DNA from: Candidatus Thorarchaeota archaeon
Lineage (GTDB): Archaea > Asgardarchaeota > Thorarchaeia > Thorarchaeales > Thorarchaeaceae
Assembly: GCA_011364985.1 (NCBI GenBank)
Contig: RDOC01000001.1
Span: 1 to 64,000, forward strand
Length of the DNA: 64,000 bases
Reading direction: 5' to 3'
A model generated the notes under the pieces. It searched no databases and was not told where the DNA came from. It saw nothing but the letters and a program-made list of their open reading frames with translations. The translations under genes and the position numbers were made by a program. Positions 20,260 through 29,319 of this stretch are shown here, piece after piece (position 1 is the stretch's first letter; each line of letters begins with the position of its first letter).

Positions 20260-20702
20260 AAAAGTAACTGGTGCAACAGGAATGAATTTTGGAATAATAC
20301 TGTCAGGTTACTTCAGAGAGGAATATTCACGTGGTTCTTTGGCGGGTAACTCTGTTTCTTCCTTGATGGCACATCCAGCCCTTTCCAAATCAGGGGTCGA
20401 GTTTCATGTGAAAAACAATGGCCTTCTGGGTTTCTACTCTTTCTGTGTGCCTGCGGATGGAGAAGCATTGGCCTTCCGCAGGACGATTGTAGCAACAGCG
20501 ACAAGAAGGGTCAGTGACACAGGGGGCTATGTCAAGCTAAAGTGCTGGTCTGTGATATTTAGGAATGTAATTATGACCATTTCATTCCGATGTTCAGATG
20601 CTGCATGTTGGTTGCAGGACTTGATGTGGAAGGAGTGAGTGATAGCGAAACAATGCTTGGTTTCCAAGCGTGTCGCAACCGGAGATACATTGCGGTTCGT
20701 TC

Positions 20703-23315
20703 TTATTCGTTTGTTGATTCATATGATGGAAGCCACAGCAGAAACTCTGCGCCTTCCGCAGGATTGCCCTCAATACGATCCTTGACAGAGAGTACTCCCC
20801 CGTATTTTTCTGATAGTTGGTGTGCTATGTGAAGCCCCACGCCACCGAATCGACGACGTGGATCAAAGAGAATCCTCTTTCTCGAATCAGACAAACCAGG
20901 ACCATTGTCAGCTACTGAAAAAGAATAGCCATTATTCTCCTTCCAGAGATGTACCCAGACGCTCTTATCTGCCAAATTATTATGAGCAATGCTATTATCA
21001 AGCAAGTTCATCAGAAGCACATCCAAGTAATCGTCTGCCAGTACATTCATTTCAATAGTATCGATGGTCTTCTCAATTCTGAAGCCCTCGATCCCGGATT
21101 TCAGATTCCGAATACATCTTTGAACTGCCTCAGCTAGCGACTTCCTAACTAGCGGCTCCTGATCCATGTTCTCAGTCTGCTTAACCTTAGAAACTATAGT
21201 GGCACACGTATTCACGGCGGCCTCGATAGTGTCGAATATCTCAACAATCTTGTCATCACTGCCGAGGAATCGGCCGATTTCAACAGACAGGGTGATGGCC
21301 TGAAGCCGATTTCGTATATCATGGCCCATGAGATCTAGATACAACCTTGCAGACTCTTCAGCCCGCTTGATTCTCGATATGTCACGAAAGGACCAGACCC
21401 GTGCAGCAACACCTTCGCCGCGCAATATGGGAGCTGTGAAAAGCTCAATGACTCTTCCGTTTCTTGTGACTAATGTGTCGGAGGTAATGGCTGCGCTGCT
21501 TAGCAGATCCTGAGCCTCGCCTAAAAGATTCTCACTAGACGCTAGCTGACTTTTCAGATGTTCCAAGAGGTCTATCATGCTTTTCGATTCTAGAGTGTCA
21601 TGAGGCACTTGCCACATCTCCATGAAGCGTGTGTTCATGTGCATTATTTGTCCATCAGCACCTATAACCAGAATTCCATCGGCTGTCGACTCGATTGTTG
21701 ATAGGTATAGCTCCTGGCTCTGACGAAGATTTCTACTGGCTTCTTCCCGTTCAGTAATATCACGGACGACACTGACGTAACCAAAGCGGGCCCCTTTATC
21801 GTCAATAAGAGGCACTACTGTCAGTTCAGTCGGGAATATCGATCCGTCTCTTCTCTTCATGTCGAAGGCTTCAAGACGTAGAAACCCAAGTGATGCAATA
21901 GACTCTCTGAGTTGTTGAAGGAAGCCTTCATAGAACCTATCACTCACATGCAAAAAAGCACTTGTCCTACCAATCATCTCCCTTCTGTCATAACCGAATA
22001 TTCTTGCGGACGCAGGATTTGCATCGATGATTTTGCTCGAAGCATTTGAGTCTAATATGAATACAGCATCCATTTGACTCTCAATGGTCTTCTTCATCAA
22101 CTCATTTGCATTGATTAGCTCCTTCTCCGCCTTCTTCCAGTCCGTTATGTCTTGCATCTGCACAATGTAGCCTTGAAGTTCCCTCGGATCACCATATTTC
22201 AAAGGTGAAAGAACTGCGTATAGCCATAATATTCCTTGTTTCTCAGTATCATATAGAGCAGTGCTATGCACCTTGGAGAAGTCGAATGCAGACTCATATC
22301 GAACTTGTTGGTCTTTCTTAATAAGATCCTTGACCCAGTCAGCAGTATTTGGGTCAGAGAAAAGGTTCATTCCTCGGAAGTCCGAGGTTTTTTCTACTCC
22401 AAACATATCCAAGCAAGCGCGATTAGCCACAACCATATCCCCATTCCTATCAAATACATTGATGGCGATTGGAGATTCTTCAAAAATGCCGCGAAACCGC
22501 TCTTCACTTCGTTTGACTGCTTCCTCCATCTCCTTCTGAGGAGTGATATCCTCAAGCACGCCATCCAAATGAGAAAGGTTTCCACTGTTATCCCATATTC
22601 CCACACCCTTTTCTCTTATCCAATGTATCGCCTTGTCCTTGTGTTTTATACGGTACTCCAGCATGAAAGGTTCTTTCTTACTTATGGCGTTCTCAACCTC
22701 CAATCGCACCCGAGCGCGGTCATCGGGATGGATAATACTCTCATACGTACGAATCTTGTTCTCTACAAAATCGAGTGGGGGATAACCTGAGATTTCCTCA
22801 ATTGTATTGCTGAGAAATAACATCGTCCATTCTCTGTCCATCTTGCATCTATATACTGCACAAGGCAAGTTTGATACAAGAGTACGATATTGTGCCTCAC
22901 TGTGCTTCAGGGCTTCTTCTGCCTCGACTCTCTTTCGAATTTCATCGAATTGGCGAAGTGCATTTTGTACAGCAGGACACAATTTTGCAAGGTTCTCCTT
23001 CATCACATAATCATTAGCACCCATCTTTAGTGCTTCCACTGCTGCTTCCTCGCCAATAGTTCCGGATACTATTACAAATGGTTGCAGAAAGCCAAACTCT
23101 TTCCATATCTTAAGAGCCTCCAAACCAGTGAAATTCGGCATCCTGTAATCACAGAGCACAATATCAAAACAGGTAGAATCCAAAGCTAGCAGCATTTCAT
23201 CTTTGGATGCTATCCGTTGATACTGGACATTATAGCCTCCTCGCTGAAGCTCAAGAATGATGAGCTCAGCGTCATCCTCCGAATCCTCAACTATTAGGAC
23301 ATGCAGGTCAGTCAT
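20703..23315 (-). CDS. Hybrid REC-4xPAS-histidine kinase
   Basis: N-terminal receiver (VEDSEDD, CDYRMP, YVMK), four PAS domains, H-box LYLDLMGHDIRNRLQ, NLLDNS, DNGPG, RRFGGVGL. Confidence 0.93.
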   Translation of the reverse strand: MTDLHVLIVEDSEDDAELIILELQRGGYNVQYQRIASKDEMLLALDSTCFDIVLCDYRMPNFTGLEALKIWKEFGFLQPFVIVSGTIGEEAAVEALKMGANDYVMKENLAKLCPAVQNALRQFDEIRKRVEAEEALKHSEAQYRTLVSNLPCAVYRCKMDREWTMLFLSNTIEEISGYPPLDFVENKIRTYESIIHPDDRARVRLEVENAISKKEPFMLEYRIKHKDKAIHWIREKGVGIWDNSGNLSHLDGVLEDITPQKEMEEAVKRSEERFRGIFEESPIAINVFDRNGDMVVANRACLDMFGVEKTSDFRGMNLFSDPNTADWVKDLIKKDQQVRYESAFDFSKVHSTALYDTEKQGILWLYAVLSPLKYGDPRELQGYIVQMQDITDWKKAEKELINANELMKKTIESQMDAVFILDSNASSKIIDANPASARIFGYDRREMIGRTSAFLHVSDRFYEGFLQQLRESIASLGFLRLEAFDMKRRDGSIFPTELTVVPLIDDKGARFGYVSVVRDITEREEASRNLRQSQELYLSTIESTADGILVIGADGQIMHMNTRFMEMWQVPHDTLESKSMIDLLEHLKSQLASSENLLGEAQDLLSSAAITSDTLVTRNGRVIELFTAPILRGEGVAARVWSFRDISRIKRAEESARLYLDLMGHDIRNRLQAITLSVEIGRFLGSDDKIVEIFDTIEAAVNTCATIVSKVKQTENMDQEPLVRKSLAEAVQRCIRNLKSGIEGFRIEKTIDTIEMNVLADDYLDVLLMNLLDNSIAHNNLADKSVWVHLWKENNGYSFSVADNGPGLSDSRKRILFDPRRRFGGVGLHIAHQLSEKYGGVLSVKDRIEGNPAEGAEFLLWLPSYESTNE

Positions 23316-23327
23316 TGCCGGTTCATC

Positions 23328-23756
23328 TCACATCTCGGGAGGTCCGATGTTCAGTACTAGCCAATAGAGACCAAGCTGCTTCACACATTCACTGAACTGA
23401 TCGAAGTCAACGGGTTTCCTGATATAGCTATTTACTCCCGAGTCATAGCAGGCAGCAATGTCTTGGTCCTCGTCAGAAGAAGTCAACACGACAACAGGCA
23501 GTCTATTCGTCCGGGGACTAGATCTGATTTGTTTTAAGACCTCTAGACCGCTTATTTTGGGCAGCTTGAGGTCCAAGAGAACAAGCTGGGGCAGTGATGG
23601 CAGGGAACAATCATCCAAGTACTGAAGCGCTTCTTCACCGTCCCACACATGCTTTATCTCATTGCCAATCCTGTTTTCGCTCAGCGCCATTATTGTGAGC
23701 TCAGTATCATCTGGGTTGTCTTCAACCAGTAGGATCGTATTATTCATCCGAGACAA
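23328..23756 (-). CDS. Single-domain response regulator (Rcp1-like)
   Basis: LLVEDNPDD, LLDLKLPKISG, VLTSS, NSYIRKPVDF. Confidence 0.95.
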   Translation of the reverse strand: MSRMNNTILLVEDNPDDTELTIMALSENRIGNEIKHVWDGEEALQYLDDCSLPSLPQLVLLDLKLPKISGLEVLKQIRSSPRTNRLPVVVLTSSDEDQDIAACYDSGVNSYIRKPVDFDQFSECVKQLGLYWLVLNIGPPEM

Positions 23757-25296
23757 TTACTTCACCACCGTTCTTCAATGTGAAATAAAATGCTGTGCAT
23801 TCATCGGGTGAGCTCTGAACCCAAATTCTTCCCCCATGTCGGTTAATTATCCTTTGGACAATGGCTAAACCAATTCCTGTCCCTTCGAACTCATTCCTTG
23901 AGTGAAGTTTTTGAAAAGGAGCAAACACCCTATCAGAATATTGCATATCAAAACCTATTCCGTTGTCTTTTACTACGAAAATCCGGCCTTCCTTATCAAT
24001 TGTGGATGATACTTCTATAATGGCAGTCTGTTTCAAGCTAGTAAACTTCCAAGCATTGTCCAAAAGATTTGTCAGGGCGATTCTCATCAGTTTCATGTCT
24101 GTGTATACTTCTAGGTTTCCAGCAATGAGAAGCTCTACGCATCGCTCAGGGTCTCTCCGCTTTAGCTCATTGATTATTCCTTGGGCTAGAATGCCCAAAT
24201 CCATTTTCCTACGTTTCAGTGAGCGACGCGATATCCTTGATAGTCCAAGAAGATCATCAATCAGTTCACCCATTCGGCTTGCACCAAGTCTTATTCTTTC
24301 GAGATAGTGTTGTCCCTTCTCATCGAGTTTGTCTGAGAATGATTCCATTAGTGCTCTGCTGAAACCATTAACTGCTCGAAGTGGAGCACGAAGGTCATGA
24401 GAGATTGAGTATGCAAAGGAATCAAGCTCATTATTTATGGTCTTCAGCTGCTGTGCCTTTTCCTCTATGCTGAGCTCAAGCTGTTCATTAAGTGACTTTA
24501 ACATTTGCTCGGATTCTTTCAGTTTTGTAACATCAAAAAAGATGGCTATCAGATGGTCCTCATCCTTAGGAGTCAGATGGACCTGATACCAGCGCGAGAG
24601 AGCATGCGAGTATTGCTCAATTGTCACTGCTTTCCCAGACTGAGCCACTTGGTCGTAGAAACCAATCCAGTCAAAGGGATCCTCTTTGATTCCAGGCAGG
24701 AATTCTGTGATCTTTCGGCCTGCAGCAGTCTCGCGACTTATTCCAGTTATCTTTTCAAAAGCAGGATTAACATCAGTGAACTCAAGATCCACTGCATTAC
24801 CGTGCCGATCTCTGATTATTTTGTGGTAGGCAAGACCATCGATTATATTGAGAACGAGATCTTTGTATAAGGTGAAACAGGGCATTGTGCAATTCGATAC
24901 AGCGCATTTTCCCTTTAGCATTGAGGTGAAACAGCTGTCTTGAGTTACATCTCCCTCTTCGCAAGTTCCATTTCCCGGTCCGGACTCTCTTGCAGCAATT
25001 ACACATGACTCACAATCAGCAGGAGTGTGTCTAAATCCAGCAGGATTCACGTCACAGAAACGACCTGATGAGCTGTTTGCCAGTTCCCGAGAAATAGAAA
25101 AGCATAATTGGGCAACAATGCCAGCATTCCTGCAATTGAGTGTGTCATGTAACACTCTGTCGATTGCCCGCAGAATGCGAATCTTAGTCGTTGCACTCTT
25201 TGGGCTGTCAGTTTCGGTGCCCAATGAGCCCGTCAAAGGATTTCCCCATTTTGTGCTTGCAGGCTTTGTATAGAGGCTAGAATGAACCCTACACAA
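23740..25296 (-). CDS. PAS sensor histidine kinase (BphP/Cph1-type kinase core) with a Cys-rich N-terminus
   Basis: FAYSISHDLRAPL, NLLDNAWKFT, DNGIGFD, FEGTGIGLA; one PAS domain. Start uncertain. Confidence 0.9.
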   Translation of the reverse strand: MCRVHSSLYTKPASTKWGNPLTGSLGTETDSPKSATTKIRILRAIDRVLHDTLNCRNAGIVAQLCFSISRELANSSSGRFCDVNPAGFRHTPADCESCVIAARESGPGNGTCEEGDVTQDSCFTSMLKGKCAVSNCTMPCFTLYKDLVLNIIDGLAYHKIIRDRHGNAVDLEFTDVNPAFEKITGISRETAAGRKITEFLPGIKEDPFDWIGFYDQVAQSGKAVTIEQYSHALSRWYQVHLTPKDEDHLIAIFFDVTKLKESEQMLKSLNEQLELSIEEKAQQLKTINNELDSFAYSISHDLRAPLRAVNGFSRALMESFSDKLDEKGQHYLERIRLGASRMGELIDDLLGLSRISRRSLKRRKMDLGILAQGIINELKRRDPERCVELLIAGNLEVYTDMKLMRIALTNLLDNAWKFTSLKQTAIIEVSSTIDKEGRIFVVKDNGIGFDMQYSDRVFAPFQKLHSRNEFEGTGIGLAIVQRIINRHGGRIWVQSSPDECTAFYFTLKNGGEVIVSDE

Positions 25297-25492
25297 GTCC
25301 TATGAAAGGAGATGTACAGTAAAAAGTGTTTCTTGGTTGAGCCTCTACCCGGGAAGTTCATCGCAAAAGCTCTCTGCAGGAGAACGATACAATAATACAT
25401 CTCATAAGGAAGTATTTCTTCCCTTGGACATGCAATAATACTTGATGGGCACCTGCAGTTCGTATTCCAGTAAGGAAACACACACATAGTTG

Positions 25493-27010
25493 TCATTGGT
25501 TGATGCTGGTCGCATTCGGTCCAAGCGTGAAGTAAAATGTAGCTCCCTGTTCAGGAGCGCTTTCAACCCAGACACGGCCGCCGTGGCGAGAGATAATCCT
25601 TTGAACAGTGGCCAAGCCAATTCCCAACCCTTCGAATTCTTCAAGTGAATGCAATCGTTGAAATGGAGCAAATAGTCTGTTTGCGTATTTCATATCAAGA
25701 CCGACACCATCATCACGTACGAAGACTGCCTCATGATCTTCTTGGCTGACCTTCCCAACTTCAATCCTCGTTTTCGAGTGGGATTTGGTGAACTTCCAAG
25801 CATTCTCAAGAAGATTGGTCATTACGACATTGAGTAGATATTCATCAGCATTGACGGTCATTTCCTCTTCTATTACTATCTCCACATCACGTTCAGGCGA
25901 CCCTTGCTGCAACGTGGATAGAATCTCATGCGTCATAGAAGTCAGATTCACTAGGGATCGCTGAAGCACAGTCCTAGACAGACGTGATAGTTGCAGTAGT
26001 GTGTTAATGAGAGCGGTCATCCTTTGAGATCCAGCTCTGATTCGATCCAAGTAGTGCCTACCATTGTCATCAATCTTATCTGCGTAGTTCTTTTCCAAGG
26101 CCAAACTGAATCCATCCAGACTTCTTAGGGGAGCCCGTAAATCGTGCGATACCGAGTAGGAGAAGGACTCCAGCTCCCTGTTAAGCGCCTCAAGTTGAGT
26201 GGCTCGTGAAGCCTCCATTTCCCTTGATTGCTTCAGGTTTCTGAATAGAGTGTCATAGGGTCGGATCAGACTGGCTTGAACAAGAGCTTGATAGATGAAG
26301 TAGAAAGCAATGACTTTGAGATAATGTCCCGCTGCATTAGCAATACCATACGCATCGGCGTAGAGCGTAAAGGCCAATTCAGATAGTATTGTGAAAATGA
26401 TTGCGAGAATCAAGAGCCGCATGGTAGAGGAATCGAACTCAGTTCTTCTTCTGAGGAATAGAAGACCACTTAGGACCAAAATAGCGGATATGATGTATTC
26501 ACTAGCAATCTTGAACAGAGTCAGACCAACACCATCAATAAAGCAGACTGGAAACACTTGCCATACGAAAATCGTGGCCAATAGAAGACCAGAAACGATA
26601 GAGTAAGCCACTACCACATGCGCTTTGTTGATGTTTGTTCGTACGGCAAACGGAGCAATGAGGAATGTGATGCTCTCCAGATATCGAGCTACGATCCATA
26701 GTTGCGCAGCGAGATTAGTATCAGATCCTGGAAAGACTCCCATGCCAGGGTAAGCAAGAGTGTGAAAGAAATCAATCCATCCGATGAATAGGAAGGAAAT
26801 TCCCAGAAACAGAAAAGCTCTATTGTCAGTGTATTTTGTAGAATGCCATCCAACAAGGAATACTCCAAATGCAACAAGAATGCTAAATTCCTCAACAATA
26901 CTATGGAAAAGCAGGTAGCTATAGTGCCTTGCGACGTAGAGGGCAATTCCAATCAGTACTGAAAGGATTACGTACAAGTACTGCTTGATTGTTATGGGAT
27001 GTGTAGACAT
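25493..27010 (-). CDS. MASE3-domain membrane sensor histidine kinase
   Basis: YLLFHSIVEEFS, DFFHTLAYPGMGVF, QLWIVARY, GHYLK (MASE3); SYSVSHDLRAPL kinase core. Confidence 0.93.
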   Translation of the reverse strand: MSTHPITIKQYLYVILSVLIGIALYVARHYSYLLFHSIVEEFSILVAFGVFLVGWHSTKYTDNRAFLFLGISFLFIGWIDFFHTLAYPGMGVFPGSDTNLAAQLWIVARYLESITFLIAPFAVRTNINKAHVVVAYSIVSGLLLATIFVWQVFPVCFIDGVGLTLFKIASEYIISAILVLSGLLFLRRRTEFDSSTMRLLILAIIFTILSELAFTLYADAYGIANAAGHYLKVIAFYFIYQALVQASLIRPYDTLFRNLKQSREMEASRATQLEALNRELESFSYSVSHDLRAPLRSLDGFSLALEKNYADKIDDNGRHYLDRIRAGSQRMTALINTLLQLSRLSRTVLQRSLVNLTSMTHEILSTLQQGSPERDVEIVIEEEMTVNADEYLLNVVMTNLLENAWKFTKSHSKTRIEVGKVSQEDHEAVFVRDDGVGLDMKYANRLFAPFQRLHSLEEFEGLGIGLATVQRIISRHGGRVWVESAPEQGATFYFTLGPNATSINQ

Positions 27011-27566
27011 CTATGGACTCCTCTCCCTGTATGGTTCAAACGGAATAACCGCTCCGTCTATTGAACAGCCGTTTTCACACTCGGTCAAGTTGAGTAATTC
27101 GTGGCAATAGCGCCATGTGAATCTCATAAACTCAGGTTTTGAACGTGAGAGAAACTCCATTTCATTAAGAACTGCAGTGGAGCCTGAGTCAACTGACCAC
27201 GCGCCTTCAGCTCTCATTTTACCCATTGTCTGAAGCAATGCTTCACCCCATCCATCGATCAGTTGTTAGAGGAAACATAATAGTCTGTGAGTCGATAACT
27301 AGCTCTAATCCCACCTGAACTTGGGGAGTATGGGGAAATTAACCTTCTTTGTATATCATATCTCTGTAAACGCCCATCTCATGCGAGGTTCTTAGCGAAC
27401 TCCTCACGAAGACTATGATATCAGTATTCGAATAGGTCCAACCTACGACTAAGATTATGTGCAGCCACATACGGATCCGCAAACTTCTCTCTGTCCCTTG
27501 CCTTTTCGATCTCCTTAAGGAAGATGATAGGAGACTCGACCAACTAGATAATCCAGATCAACTTTC

Positions 27567-27584
27567 AAAAGTTAGACCTAATAA
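27567..27584 (+). promoter_or_regulatory. 18-bp box AAAAGTTAGACCTAATAA (copy 1)
   Basis: Identical copy at 28134-28151; core TTAG-AC-CTAA palindrome. Confidence 0.7.
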
Positions 27585-27645
27585 TGTATAATGGAACGTT
27601 CGTTCATTGGGTACTGGCTTGTGTGTCTTGGAGTCGTGAAGAAGG

Positions 27646-28104
27646 ATGAATGAATCTTCGCATGACTATGAATCAGAAATTGAACAAATAGCAGCAGAGA
27701 TGAAGGGAAAGACGCTCAGGGTCTATTGGTATCTACTAAAAAATCCTGAAGAAACGAGTCTACGTTTAATACAGAGAGGGGCAAATCTTTCGAGTCCAAG
27801 TCTCGCTACGTATCACCTGAATAAGCTCGTAAACCTGGGCCTTGTCAGGACGGATAAATATGGATCATACTATCTTGAGAAAGTCGTGAAAGTTGGCGTA
27901 CTCAGATTCTTTGTAGGTTCTGGAAGATTACTATTACCCCGCTACCTTTTCTACGCTGTATTTTACATCACACTGATTCCATGCAGTTTGTTATTTCTAC
28001 CACTGACAACAGGACCAATTTCACTACTCCTTCTTTCTGTTCTGGGTTTTGGAGCGATAACAAGTTGGATTGAAAGTATCAGAATATGGCGAATGGAGAT
28101 TTGA
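27646..28104 (+). CDS. Membrane-tethered winged-helix transcription regulator (wHTH + 2 TM)
   Basis: KGKTLRVYWYLL...LSSPSLATYHLNKLVNLGLV wHTH, followed by LLPRYLFYAVF and a second TM helix. Confidence 0.85.
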   Translation: MNESSHDYESEIEQIAAEMKGKTLRVYWYLLKNPEETSLRLIQRGANLSSPSLATYHLNKLVNLGLVRTDKYGSYYLEKVVKVGVLRFFVGSGRLLLPRYLFYAVFYITLIPCSLLFLPLTTGPISLLLLSVLGFGAITSWIESIRIWRMEI

Positions 28105-28133
28105 ACGGTTGAAAAAGCTAGAACAACACTTCG

Positions 28134-28151
28134 AAAAGTTAGACCTAATAA
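28134..28151 (+). promoter_or_regulatory. 18-bp box AAAAGTTAGACCTAATAA (copy 2)
   Basis: Identical to 27567-27584; lies 34 bp upstream of the next start codon. Confidence 0.7.
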
Positions 28152-28185
28152 AAAAGAATTCAATCCATATATGGAGGCCATCTAG

Positions 28186-29283
28186 ATGATTGGAATGAAA
28201 AATAGTCCTGTCGGGTATTCCTTGGCATCGGTTGTGGTCGCAGCAATTCTACTTGTTTCGAGCCTTGTGGTTGGGACAACAGACTCATCTATGAGAGTCT
28301 TGCCAGGAGTTCCTCTGGATGATTCACCCTTTTCAGACATAAGTACTGACAATCTCACATCGCTGGAGTCGGTACTGTATCCTTCTAATTATGAGGTGAT
28401 AAGCGAAAGGCCGTTTATCATAAGAGTGGATTATCAAGGCGTTTGTCTCATAACCTCGTTTGAAGCGGAACAAGTAGCTCAACAATTCGTAGACAAGGTC
28501 TTTTCGAATCAATCGGTTCAACAACTCGAAATTGACAGAAGGTTAACCAAGCTGTCAAGAGCTCTTCCGAGATGGATAATCAGCTTCAAAAACAATACAT
28601 ACTTGGACTCTGAACACATAGAGGCAAGAGTCACAGTGAATGCCGTTACTGGGGGGATTATTGGATATTCTGGTAATCCTATAATGTGTCAAGGCAAAGT
28701 AGCTAATCAATCAACTGCTGAAAAACATGCGGCAACAGCATTAAAGGAACTAGGCTATCGAATACCTGTTAATGCACGGATTTTCCGCATAAATTGGACA
28801 GGCTATTTTGACGAAAACGATGTCACATACCGCTTCCGATTCCAGGAGTTTGCCAGTGATACTATGGTCGACACTAGGATTGGCACCATAAGTGTAGAGA
28901 TAGATGGAATCTCCGGCGGGATCGAGTTCTTATCATACCAATGGATTCAGGTTGATGAGATTCCGACGCAAGGCATCGTTTCTGTGGGCAGCCTAGGATA
29001 TGATGCAGTTCTCAATCTCTTCAGAGTGTCTGAAGACTATGAGGATTTTAATGAAATTGGACCCCAAGATTTTCGTCTATGCTGGGTGAAGGATGACCTC
29101 GAGTCAGGGATAACAGTACTCGATGCATTCACGGGGGATGTATTGTATGCGATAGATTACTTGGGTGCTGTTCATTCCCAAGATGAAGTAAGGTCGATGT
29201 TCCTTGCACCTCTTCTCATTTCTGCTATACCAGCAACACTGCTATACTTTGGCACAAGAAAGATTCTGCGTCGACAGGTCTAA
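28186..29283 (+). CDS. Exported, C-terminally anchored protein with PepSY/YcdB-like repeats
   Basis: Signal peptide; EAEQVAQQF and AEKHAATAL helices; VTVNAVTGGII, VEIDGISGGI and VLDAFTGDVL motifs; C-terminal TM plus RKILRR. Confidence 0.7.
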   Translation: MIGMKNSPVGYSLASVVVAAILLVSSLVVGTTDSSMRVLPGVPLDDSPFSDISTDNLTSLESVLYPSNYEVISERPFIIRVDYQGVCLITSFEAEQVAQQFVDKVFSNQSVQQLEIDRRLTKLSRALPRWIISFKNNTYLDSEHIEARVTVNAVTGGIIGYSGNPIMCQGKVANQSTAEKHAATALKELGYRIPVNARIFRINWTGYFDENDVTYRFRFQEFASDTMVDTRIGTISVEIDGISGGIEFLSYQWIQVDEIPTQGIVSVGSLGYDAVLNLFRVSEDYEDFNEIGPQDFRLCWVKDDLESGITVLDAFTGDVLYAIDYLGAVHSQDEVRSMFLAPLLISAIPATLLYFGTRKILRRQV

Positions 29284-29319
29284 TATGAAGAACTATCCAA
29301 TCCAATCGGGATGCTAATC

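Noticed and set aside
20141-20638. 165-aa plus-strand ORF
   Set aside because: No recognisable motifs, it crosses the padR operator/promoter, and its start is weak; likely spurious.
23740-27010. Bacteriophytochrome photoreceptor
   Set aside because: The kinase cores and RR are Cph1/Rcp1-like, but there is no PAS-GAF-PHY module or DIP motif.
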